Source: an uncultured Gammaproteobacteria bacterium (GTDB lineage Bacteria; Patescibacteriota; Patescibacteriia; Patescibacteriales; UBA12465). From it: a DNA stretch of 64,000 bases. The stretch's first letter is position 1. Every line of letters starts with the position of its first letter. Both the position numbers and the translations under genes were made by a program. This document shows, one piece after another, positions 17,889 to 25,890 of this stretch. Below the pieces are notes generated by a model, which did no database searches, was not told where the DNA came from, and saw nothing but the letters and a program-made list of their open reading frames with translations. The stretch covers positions 10,196 through 74,195 of the forward strand of contig CAZTUJ010000002.1 of the NCBI GenBank assembly GCA_964616855.1, read 5' to 3'.

Positions 17889-17896
17889 GGATTCCG

Positions 17897-17970
17897 AGGC
17901 TCGAGTGGGAGTCGAACCCACGAATGGCAGTTTTGCAAACTGCAGTGTTAGACCACTTCACCATCGAGCC
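17897..17970 (-). tRNA. tRNA-Cys (anticodon GCA)
   Basis: Acceptor GGCTCGA/TCGAGCC, anticodon arm GCAGT-TTGCAAA-ACTGC, T-arm GTGGGTTCGACTCCCAC. Confidence 0.9.
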
Positions 17971-18020
17971 AATTTGATTATCAATATTTTAAAGGATTAG
18001 AGGTAAAAAAGCAAATTTAT

Positions 18021-19058
18021 CTATATTTTTAGATCACAGCGGGCTTTGAGATGGTGATAAGGCAGGAAAGCCTTATCTTTCTTTTTATAATAGCTAAAAT
18101 ATCCGGCAGCAGCAATCATGGCGGCGTTGTCGGTTGTATATTGTCTTTCCGGCAGAATTACTTTTATTTTCGGTAATTTTTCATTAATCTGCGCCTGTAG
18201 TTGCTGGCGTAGGGCGGTGTTAGCGGCTACCCCTCCGGCTAAGACTATGCTTTTCGGCTCATATTTACGGGCGGCCTTAATAGTTTTATGAATTAAGGTT
18301 TCAATAATAGCCTGTTCAAAGGCGAGACAATATTCGGGAATGCGCTGGCGCCAATTCTTATCTTTTTGGAGTTGATAAAGCAGGGCGGTTTTGAGACCAG
18401 AGAAAGAAAAGTCAAAATCAGGAGAGTTAAGCATTGGCCGCGGTAATTCGATGGTGGTGGGGATGCCGCTTTGGCGTTGTTCCTCGGCGTATTTAGCGAT
18501 AATCGGCCCCCCAGGGTAGCTTAGACCCATCATCTTAGCCGCTTTGTCATAAGCCTCGCCCGCGGCATCGTCTCTAGTTTCACCAATAATCTTAAAGCGG
18601 TAGTGCTCTGACATGTAAATCAGGTTGCTGTGACCACCAGAGACCACTAAAGCGAGTAAGGGGAAGCGGGGTGCTTGGGGCTGATTGATAAAGTTGGCGT
18701 AAATATGGCCGATAATATGATGGACAGGAATTAGGGGCTTATTCCAAACTAAGGCTAAGGCTTTAGCACTTTCAACGCCAGCAATTAAGGAAGTCACCAG
18801 TCCCGGTCCTTGGGTGACGGCAATGGCTTTAAGATCATTTTTGGTGATTTTTGCCTGCCGCAAAGCCGCCTCGATGGTGGGGAGGATATTTAAGACATGC
18901 TCCCGGGCGGCAATTTCAGGGATGACTCCGCCATATTGGGCATGGATATCAATTTGAGAAGCGATGACGTTGCTTAAAATCTCCGCTTTTTGACCAGAGG
19001 CCCTTAAAACTGAGGCAGCGCTTTCATCACAACTACTTTCAATACCAAGGATATACAT
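18021..19058 (-). CDS. tsaD: tRNA N6-adenosine threonylcarbamoyltransferase TsaD
   Basis: MYILGIESSCDESAASV start and HHIIGH metal motif, 345 aa. Confidence 0.9.
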   Translation of the reverse strand: MYILGIESSCDESAASVLRASGQKAEILSNVIASQIDIHAQYGGVIPEIAAREHVLNILPTIEAALRQAKITKNDLKAIAVTQGPGLVTSLIAGVESAKALALVWNKPLIPVHHIIGHIYANFINQPQAPRFPLLALVVSGGHSNLIYMSEHYRFKIIGETRDDAAGEAYDKAAKMMGLSYPGGPIIAKYAEEQRQSGIPTTIELPRPMLNSPDFDFSFSGLKTALLYQLQKDKNWRQRIPEYCLAFEQAIIETLIHKTIKAARKYEPKSIVLAGGVAANTALRQQLQAQINEKLPKIKVILPERQYTTDNAAMIAAAGYFSYYKKKDKAFLPYHHLKARCDLKI

Positions 19059-19101
19059 ACCTTCTTATTTTAAGGTTTTTTGAAATTATGGCAAGAATAA
19101 C

Positions 19102-19123
19102 AAAAACCCCTTTTGGGGGTTTC
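19102..19123 (-). terminator. Rho-independent terminator
   Basis: aaacccc/ggggttt stem, followed by a T-run on the minus strand, downstream of 19145..19693. Confidence 0.5.
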
Positions 19124-19144
19124 TGTATTTTTACGGATTACTTT

Positions 19145-19693
19145 TTACTGTAATTGTAATTTAAGTTCGGCGATAGTCATGTCTTTACCAAACACTTTTT
19201 GTACCATGGCTCTTTCTTCGTCATTGTTTCCTAGTTGATCGGCGTCGCTTAGTCCGTATTTGCCCTGCCTCAGGCCGCTTACTAAGTAATAATCAGAGGC
19301 CGTATCTTTGTGTAAAAACAGGAGCACGCGTTCACCAGGCTCAAAATGAGGCCAGTCGGTCGCTGTCATTTCTTTGTTGCCAATAGTTCCGCCTAAAGTT
19401 TTGATATAGATTGTTTTCTTTTTAGCTTCTTTTGTTAATAAATATTTTTCGACCGAGACTTCAGCAATAGTGTAGATATCCTTTTCCTCATTTCTTATCG
19501 TGGAAGCTTCTTCTATGGCTTGAATTGTCTCAACTCGGCCGACTATGATGAGGGACGAGTCGGCGATTAGCGATTTTGAATCTTTTTCGATGAGGACACT
19601 GGTGACCAGGGTGCTTACCGGATTATCTTTGTTAAAAACAAAGAAGCCGATTACCAGGAGCGCTACTACGCTTATGATATATAATGGTTTCAT
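19145..19693 (-). CDS. Secreted/membrane-anchored hypothetical protein
   Basis: N-terminal MKPLYIISVVALLVIGFFVF signal-anchor, 20 nt downstream of the metalloprotease gene. Confidence 0.5.
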   Translation of the reverse strand: MKPLYIISVVALLVIGFFVFNKDNPVSTLVTSVLIEKDSKSLIADSSLIIVGRVETIQAIEEASTIRNEEKDIYTIAEVSVEKYLLTKEAKKKTIYIKTLGGTIGNKEMTATDWPHFEPGERVLLFLHKDTASDYYLVSGLRQGKYGLSDADQLGNNDEERAMVQKVFGKDMTIAELKLQLQ

Positions 19694-19713
19694 ATTAAAA
19701 TTATACCACTTTA

Positions 19714-20244
19714 TTAATATATGGCGTTAATTCCATTAATGTCATCAGCATCCAAGCTTCTTTTTTTAGTTTCACCCGTACTAGTATATCCGTACATAGT
19801 TTTTTCACTATCTTGGCTTGAGTATAAATCGTTTAACACTAGCCAGTGACCAAGTTCGTGGGTAAGTACATTCTGCACATCATAATAGCCCGACTGTCCA
19901 GAAGTTGACCATGGATAGTAAGTGTTGAAGTAAGTATCCGCATCAATTAAGGCGTTACCACTATAGCTAAAGTATGTTACGGCCGGCATGCCATTATTAC
20001 CAGCATATTGAGCGTAGAGTTTATGGTTGTCGCTTCCTACATAAAAATAGAAAGGTGATGTTGGCGCGTTCCAAGTGCTCATAGATCTCGCTATAGGCGT
20101 TATCCAGGAAGCAGGAATACTTGAGTCACCCGAATCTACTGATACAGAAGAAGCGGAACAATGAATACCGCTATATGAGTAAGCATAGGTTTGAACAGGT
20201 ATTAAAAACAAGGAAATAAGAATGATAAGTGGTTTAATTTTCAT
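19714..20244 (-). CDS. Secreted metzincin-type zinc metalloprotease (matrixin/snapalysin-like)
   Basis: HELGHWLVLND zinc motif (HExxHxxxxxD) plus a TMYGY Met-turn. The signal peptide MKIKPLIILISLFLIPVQTYA begins at ATG 20244; the track ORF to 20373 starts with TTG. Confidence 0.7.
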   Translation of the reverse strand: MKIKPLIILISLFLIPVQTYAYSYSGIHCSASSVSVDSGDSSIPASWITPIARSMSTWNAPTSPFYFYVGSDNHKLYAQYAGNNGMPAVTYFSYSGNALIDADTYFNTYYPWSTSGQSGYYDVQNVLTHELGHWLVLNDLYSSQDSEKTMYGYTSTGETKKRSLDADDINGINAIY

Positions 20245-20403
20245 ATTTTTGGATGGTTTTGATGAATAAATCCCGTCGACCTTTAATAAGATCAGGACGC
20301 CTATTATCGTAACATATGGGTGATAACGTCCCGATAACAGGCCAATTGACATATTATAAGAACTCTTATACAATAATTTTGAATTGTAATATTAGATAGA
20401 TAT

Positions 20404-20475
20404 GGTCCCTTCGTCTAACGGTTAGGACACCAGGTTTTCATCCTGGTAACAGGGGTTCGACTCCCCTAGGGACTA
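20404..20475 (+). tRNA. tRNA-Glu (anticodon TTC)
   Basis: GGTCCCTTCGTCTAACGGTTAGGAC..., anticodon arm CCAGG-TTTTCAT-CCTGG, T-arm AGGGGTTCGACTCCCCT. A G1.U72 wobble is present. Confidence 0.85.
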
Positions 20476-20481
20476 CGTAAT

Positions 20482-20514
20482 AAAAATACTCCACAGAAAG
20501 TTGGAGTATTTTTA
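20482..20514 (+). terminator. Rho-independent terminator after tRNA-Glu
   Basis: atactcca/tggagtat 8-bp stem followed by TTTTT. Confidence 0.7.
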
Positions 20515-20628
20515 TTATGCCGGTGCTAGCTGTGGGCACTGAACGGTTTGGAGAGAGTTTGGTTAAAGTCCAGCAGATCGAGGCAGGGTAAATGCCGGAA
20601 AGATTAAATCATAAACCTTGGATTTAGT

Positions 20629-21603
20629 TTATTTTACAAAGATATTAAATAGATAGCCGATGATTATTATATTAATAGTAGTAACGCCAAAGAAATATAG
20701 TAGCAATTTCATCTTCATTACCCTTTTTAAAATTAAGGCTTCGGGCAAAGATAGTCCGACTACAGCCATCATAAAGGCCATAGCTGTTCCCAAGGGAATG
20801 CCTTTTTCCACCAGGGATCTCATAATAGGAATAACACCGACGGCGTTAGAGTAGAGCGGTACAGCCACAATCGTGGCAATTGGTACTGCCAATAAATTGT
20901 CGGCGCTTATATGTTTTTCAAAGAAACCGGCTGGCACAAAACCGTGAATGGCGGAGCCTAAGGTCACGCCTAGTAAAATATAGATAGTAATTTTTTTTGT
21001 CAGAGCGAAGCCTTCATCCCAAAAATTTTTCAACAATTTTCTAAAAGGTATTTTTTCATTTTTTACTTCAATTTTTTGGTTTTGCGTTTTCCAAACATAA
21101 TCCGCTACATATTTTTCTAACTTCAATTTGCTCAAGATAAAACCACTGATCATTCCTAATAAAATTGCCGAGATTACGTATAGTATCGTGATTTTCCAAC
21201 CGAAGAGCCCGGCAAAGAGTACTACTGCCACCTGGTTAACTAAGGGGGAGACAATTAAGAACGATAGGGTTACACCCAAGGGGATGCCGGCTCCTAAAAA
21301 GCCAATAAAAAGAGGAATTGAAGAGCAGGAACAAAATGGTGTGATGGTGCCAAAGATAGCCGCTAAGAAATAATCAAAACCATACCATTTGCGAGAAGCG
21401 AGAAAGTCGCGTAGCTTTTCAATCGGTAAATAATGGCGCAAGATTGCCATGAAATAATTGATAATCAAAAGCAAAATCAATATTTTCAAAGAATCGTAGA
21501 TGAAAAAATTTATACTATCGCCTAAATGCGAGCCTTTTAATAAACCAAATAAGCTATAGGCTATTTGGTCAGCAATGTATTGTAAGGGGTAGAAAATATC
21601 CAT
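20629..21603 (-). CDS. Permease of the UPF0718/ArsP-like family
   Basis: Multi-TM protein with the family-typical TPFCSCSSIPLFIGF motif. Confidence 0.6.
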   Translation of the reverse strand: MDIFYPLQYIADQIAYSLFGLLKGSHLGDSINFFIYDSLKILILLLIINYFMAILRHYLPIEKLRDFLASRKWYGFDYFLAAIFGTITPFCSCSSIPLFIGFLGAGIPLGVTLSFLIVSPLVNQVAVVLFAGLFGWKITILYVISAILLGMISGFILSKLKLEKYVADYVWKTQNQKIEVKNEKIPFRKLLKNFWDEGFALTKKITIYILLGVTLGSAIHGFVPAGFFEKHISADNLLAVPIATIVAVPLYSNAVGVIPIMRSLVEKGIPLGTAMAFMMAVVGLSLPEALILKRVMKMKLLLYFFGVTTINIIIIGYLFNIFVK

Positions 21604-21628
21604 ATTAGTTTAGCATTTACCGTTACAT

Positions 21629-22075
21629 CTATTTAACAATCATAACAATAACTTCTAAATCTTTAGCAAAGGGTAAATTAATTATTCGTTCGTATTCTTT
21701 TTTAAATTCAGCCGGAAGCTTGGCTGCTTCAATGGTCTTAAAATTGAATTTATTATAGAAACTCTCTTTATTTGACTGAGTAAAAAGAAAAATTGGCCGG
21801 GCGGTCTCTTTTGATAATAATTCTTCAACTAGTTTGCTGCCGATGCCTTTGCCCTGATAGTTTTTATTAACCGCTAAACTTGATAATTCTAAGCAGTCGT
21901 CAGTCAGTAGCTTTATTCTCACGCAACCAATCAGGTTGTTGCCCACTTTGGCAATATAGAATTTGCTAATATCAAAATTAGATCTATCTCCCTCTAGCGC
22001 TGTTAATAAATTAAAGATGGCAGGCTCATCTTTGGGACTAGCTTGGGAATAAATAACATTTAGTCTTTTAGTCAT
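21629..22075 (-). CDS. GNAT family N-acetyltransferase
   Basis: Acetyl-CoA motif VNKNYQGKGIGSKLVEELL, 148 aa. Confidence 0.8.
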   Translation of the reverse strand: MTKRLNVIYSQASPKDEPAIFNLLTALEGDRSNFDISKFYIAKVGNNLIGCVRIKLLTDDCLELSSLAVNKNYQGKGIGSKLVEELLSKETARPIFLFTQSNKESFYNKFNFKTIEAAKLPAEFKKEYERIINLPFAKDLEVIVMIVK

Positions 22076-22200
22076 AAATTTGGCGATATAAGGATATTAT
22101 AACACAAAACGCCTCTCACTATGTTTTATTCTAATATTTAGCCAAAGTTAATTAATCTGGTTGCCTTTTGGGTAATTTTTGCATTTTTAAAGCTTATATT

Positions 22201-22229
22201 TTGACAAAATATAATTATTTTGGTAATGT
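22201..22229 (+). promoter_or_regulatory. Sigma70-like promoter upstream of pepD
   Basis: TTGACA (22201-22206), 17-nt spacer, then TGgTAATGT (22221-22229). Confidence 0.4.
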
Positions 22230-22298
22230 CTAGCCAGCCTTTTTAATACTAAATAGGCAGGAAACTCATTCATTCATTAACATCTAAATTATTGTATC

Positions 22299-23780
22299 AT
22301 GACAAAAAATCAGGTCTTACTGGCTGGTCTGGAGCCGGCAGTTTTATGGAACCATTTTGCTACTTTATCAGAAATACCGCATGGTAGCGGTGATGAGCAG
22401 CATTTGGCCGAATTCATCCTTGCCCTGGCGGTGGGGAAGAATTTCTACTCCTACCGTGATGAAGGCGGCAACGTCTTCGTTCGTATTCCCGCCACCGAAG
22501 GTTATGAGAATTATCCTTCGCTTTGCTTTCAATCACACATTGACATGGTTCTGGCAAAAGAAGAACATGTCGAGTCAATTTTCCCTTTGCAATTGCGAAT
22601 TGAAAATGACAAGTTGATGGCAACCGACACTACCCTGGGCGCTGATAACGGTATTGGCGCGTCCGCCATGATGGCGATCATTACTGAATCCACCATTCCT
22701 CACGGACCGCTGGAACTCTTGTTTACCGTCGCTGAAGAAACCGGCATGAAAGGGGCTGAAGCGTTTGACTTCAGTGAACTGGAGAGTCAATTCATCATCA
22801 ACCTCGATTCTGAGGAAGAAAACGTTATTTTCGTTGGTTGTGCCGGGGGTATTCAGGTTCAGGGTGAATTTTCTGGAGTTATGGAAAGACTCAGCCGCAC
22901 CTCTGCGTACGATTGTAAAATGGCCATCAGTTTGACTGGTCTGAGTGGTGGACATTCCGGCCTGAAAATCAGGGAAGGTAAAGCCAACGCCATTAAGGTT
23001 ATGGCTCAGTTGCTGGAAGCCATTGATGGTGACAAATTTGCCATTGTCAGTTTTGATGGCGGCGATTTTGTGAATCAGATTCCGGTAAAATCAGAAGTAA
23101 CCATTATCTTGCTTGATGAAGACCGGGAAGAACTGATGGCGGACATGAAAGAAAAATTGGCTTTTATCGCCACCGATTTTCCGAAAGAAAGCCTGCAACT
23201 GGCTTTTACTTCACTGCCTTTCGTTGACGACGATTATGTCGTTGGCGATGATTATCAGGACCCTCTTCTGGCCGCAATCCTGGCTCTACCGGATGGAGTT
23301 TTGAGTATGGAGCCCTTGGATAACAATATCCTCAGGAGCTCTAACAACGTGGGAGTAATAAAGTCAGATACTTCATCAATTAAGATTGACTGCCTCCTCC
23401 GTTCTTCCTCTCCTGCTCAGATGGAGTATATCCAAAAAATGATTGAGTCGGCCTTTTACCTGGCTTATGCCGGTACAAACATTTTGATGAATTTCCCCCC
23501 CTGGGTGCCGAAGTTTGATTTCAAGCTTTTAACTTTAGTAAAGCAGATGTCACTGGAAGTTTTTGGTGTCGAAGCTAAGGTTGAAAGCATTCATGCCGGC
23601 TTGGAATGTTCCAAAATTGACAGCGCCTTACCGGAAGCGGAAAAGTTATCTTTCGGCCCGCAAATGGGATTGGTCCACACTTCCTCCGAATGGGTTAGCA
23701 TCCCTTCGGTTGCCAAGTTCTGGCAGCTCCTGCTACTGATACTTGAGAGCGGGGGAGTCGTTCAGGAAAAAACTGAGTAA
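22299..23780 (+). CDS. pepD: Aminoacyl-histidine (Xaa-His) dipeptidase PepD, M20 family
   Basis: FATLSEIPHGSGDE, HIDMV, LGADNGIGASAMMAI and FTVAEETGMKGA motifs, 493 aa. GC is visibly higher than the neighbours. Confidence 0.85.
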   Translation: MTKNQVLLAGLEPAVLWNHFATLSEIPHGSGDEQHLAEFILALAVGKNFYSYRDEGGNVFVRIPATEGYENYPSLCFQSHIDMVLAKEEHVESIFPLQLRIENDKLMATDTTLGADNGIGASAMMAIITESTIPHGPLELLFTVAEETGMKGAEAFDFSELESQFIINLDSEEENVIFVGCAGGIQVQGEFSGVMERLSRTSAYDCKMAISLTGLSGGHSGLKIREGKANAIKVMAQLLEAIDGDKFAIVSFDGGDFVNQIPVKSEVTIILLDEDREELMADMKEKLAFIATDFPKESLQLAFTSLPFVDDDYVVGDDYQDPLLAAILALPDGVLSMEPLDNNILRSSNNVGVIKSDTSSIKIDCLLRSSSPAQMEYIQKMIESAFYLAYAGTNILMNFPPWVPKFDFKLLTLVKQMSLEVFGVEAKVESIHAGLECSKIDSALPEAEKLSFGPQMGLVHTSSEWVSIPSVAKFWQLLLLILESGGVVQEKTE

Positions 23781-23860
23781 TTCTCGTATTTGTACCTTTT
23801 AAAAAGCGCGCCGTAATCGACGCGTTTTTTTGTTGTCTTTTACCGCTTTAGGTGCGGGCG

Positions 23861-23869
23861 TGCTATAAT
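23861..23869 (+). promoter_or_regulatory. Extended -10 promoter element (TGcTATAAT)
   Basis: Perfect TGnTATAAT about 30-45 nt upstream of the methyltransferase start codons. Confidence 0.45.
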
Positions 23870-23897
23870 AAAAGTATAAAATTGGCTTAATTATTGT

Positions 23898-24458
23898 TTG
23901 ATTACCTATTTTTTCATGTTTTTTCTAGTTTTTCTATCTTTATTAATCGTTTTTGTCGCCTTTGTATTTTTAGCCATGTTATTGGTGCTGATTTTTGGTC
24001 TGAACATGATTTATGTAAATATTACGACAGCGGTGCCCTGGGCGCGGGTACCGCAGGCTAATTTGGAGCAGATTCTGGCCGAAATCAATTTAGCCCCGGG
24101 GTCCCTACTCTATGATTTGGGTTGTGGGGATGGGCGCTTCTTGTTTATTGCCGAAGAGAAGGGGTTTAAGGCGGTAGGTTATGAACTATCACTTTATCCT
24201 TATTTGAAGACTTTAGCTTCGAAATTTATTAAAAATAGCCAGATACAGATTAGGCATCAAGATTTTTTTAAGCAGAATTTAGGCGCCGCCGATGCCGTCT
24301 TTATTTTTCTCACCGGCTCGGTGATGGCAAAAATCGGCTTGAAGTTAAAGCAGGATTTAAAAGCGGGGACACGAGTAATTTCTTATGGCTTCCTTATTCC
24401 TGGCTGGTCAGTAAAAAAAATTTTAGATACTCATCCCAGTAAGACTTATATCTATTGA
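23898..24458 (+). CDS. Membrane-anchored class I SAM-dependent methyltransferase (paralog 1)
   Basis: N-terminal TM helices, then SAM motif LLYDLGCGDGRFL. Alternative in-frame ATG at 23916. Confidence 0.65.
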   Translation: MITYFFMFFLVFLSLLIVFVAFVFLAMLLVLIFGLNMIYVNITTAVPWARVPQANLEQILAEINLAPGSLLYDLGCGDGRFLFIAEEKGFKAVGYELSLYPYLKTLASKFIKNSQIQIRHQDFFKQNLGAADAVFIFLTGSVMAKIGLKLKQDLKAGTRVISYGFLIPGWSVKKILDTHPSKTYIY

Positions 24459-24470
24459 AGCTTTTCTACT

Positions 24471-24998
24471 ATGTTTTATCTCATTATTTTCTTAGTCCTA
24501 TTTGCTGTTTATTTTATTTTTTTTGTCACTCAGTTCTATTACCTTATCTTTAAAGGCTATGCTCCTTTTGTCTCGACAGATATGAGAACGATTAAAGCAA
24601 TAATTGCTACTCTTGGTGATTTTCAGCCCCAAGTAGTTTATGAATTAGGTTGCGGCCGCGCTTTATTCGCCCAGCGGGCCCAGCGTCGTTGGCTTCAGGC
24701 GCAAATTTACGGCGTGGAAAATTCACTTAGTCTATTTTTACTCGTGCGTCTTGGTTTAAGAATTAGGGGAAGCAGAATTAAATTATTGAAAAAAGATTTT
24801 TTTCAGGTTAATCTAAAAGATGCCGATTTGATTTACTGCTATTTAAATAACGCGACCATGGCAAAATTGGCAGATAAATTAAAATTGGAGTGTCGGTCGG
24901 GAACATTACTAGTTAGCCGTCGTTTTTCTCTGCCCCTTTATATCCCCTATCAGACCATTGTTGTCAGTGGTCAAAAAATCTATTTTTATAAATTTTAG
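24471..24998 (+). CDS. Membrane-anchored class I SAM-dependent methyltransferase (paralog 2)
   Basis: Same architecture as the upstream gene: TM, YAPFVST, then VVYELGCG. 12-nt gap. Confidence 0.6.
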   Translation: MFYLIIFLVLFAVYFIFFVTQFYYLIFKGYAPFVSTDMRTIKAIIATLGDFQPQVVYELGCGRALFAQRAQRRWLQAQIYGVENSLSLFLLVRLGLRIRGSRIKLLKKDFFQVNLKDADLIYCYLNNATMAKLADKLKLECRSGTLLVSRRFSLPLYIPYQTIVVSGQKIYFYKF

Positions 24999-25007
24999 AA
25001 TTAATAT

Positions 25008-25814
25008 ATGCCCAAACGCCCTAAAATTGGCCTCGCTCTTGGTAGCGGCGGCTTCCGTGGTTTTGCTCACATTGGCGTGATGCAAGTATTGCAGGAAAAT
25101 GATATCCCTATTGATTATATCAGTGGTGCCTCCATCGGCGCTTTAGTCGGCGCTTATTTTTCGGTATATTCTGATCTCGGGCCCTTAGAGGAGGCAATAG
25201 TTTCTAACAATAAAAACCAACTGCCGACTTTGTTAGATTTAGGTTTTCGAGCGGGCTTAGTTTCCGGCCGTAAATTTGAAGTTTTTTTAGAGAAAGTTTT
25301 GGGTAGGAGTAGTTTTAATGACTGCCGTATTCCCCTTAAAATTGTGGCCACTGACTTAGTTAGCGGTCAAGCCCAGATTCTAGAACAAGGCAGTTTAGCG
25401 ACAGCGGTTCGGGCTAGTTCCTCGGTGCCTCTAGTTTTTGAACCGGTTAGAAGTCGTAGTCGCCTTTTAGTTGATGGCGGGCTTAGTAATCCCGTGCCCG
25501 TAGATTTATTGCCCAGCATGGGTGCGGATAAAATTATTGCCGTTAATCTTTATAATCGTAATGAATTTATTGATAAGAAATTTAACCTAGCTACAGTGGC
25601 TTTGCGTTCGACTCGAATTGCTGTCCACAATCTTTCCAAACATTCTTTACATGGCGCCGATGTCGTTTTAAATCCGGACACTTCCGCGTTTATGCAGACT
25701 AATCGTTATAAGAAGTATTTTGATCCACCGGTGGCCCGGGCCTTAATTGATATTGGCCGCCGGGAGGCTAAAAAATGTTTACCAGATATTCTTAAAATTT
25801 TAAATAAATCCTAA
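25008..25814 (+). CDS. Patatin-like phospholipase
   Basis: GSGGFRG oxyanion motif, GASIGA (GxSxG) nucleophile and a DGG catalytic Asp motif. Confidence 0.85.
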   Translation: MPKRPKIGLALGSGGFRGFAHIGVMQVLQENDIPIDYISGASIGALVGAYFSVYSDLGPLEEAIVSNNKNQLPTLLDLGFRAGLVSGRKFEVFLEKVLGRSSFNDCRIPLKIVATDLVSGQAQILEQGSLATAVRASSSVPLVFEPVRSRSRLLVDGGLSNPVPVDLLPSMGADKIIAVNLYNRNEFIDKKFNLATVALRSTRIAVHNLSKHSLHGADVVLNPDTSAFMQTNRYKKYFDPPVARALIDIGRREAKKCLPDILKILNKS

Positions 25815-25820
25815 AACGAG

Positions 25821-25848
25821 AAAACCGGGGCTAGTGCTCCGGTTTTTT
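25821..25848 (+). terminator. Rho-independent terminator after the patatin gene
   Basis: aaaaccgg/ccggtttt stem followed by a T-run. It lies inside the spurious 5' extension of the next track ORF. Confidence 0.6.
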
Positions 25849-25875
25849 GCTTATCTGCCTATTTTTTTAGCCTCG

Positions 25876-25884
25876 TGTTATAAT
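25876..25884 (+). promoter_or_regulatory. Extended -10 element (TGtTATAAT) placed for a leaderless transcript
   Basis: Perfect TGnTATAAT ends 6 nt before the A of ATG 25891. Confidence 0.45.
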
Positions 25885-25890
25885 ATACTT

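Noticed and set aside
22357-22955. Three overlapping ORFs (86, 69 and 126 aa) inside pepD on other frames.
   Set aside because: They are a typical consequence of the locally higher GC content. pepD itself has full-length family motifs, and the shadows have none.
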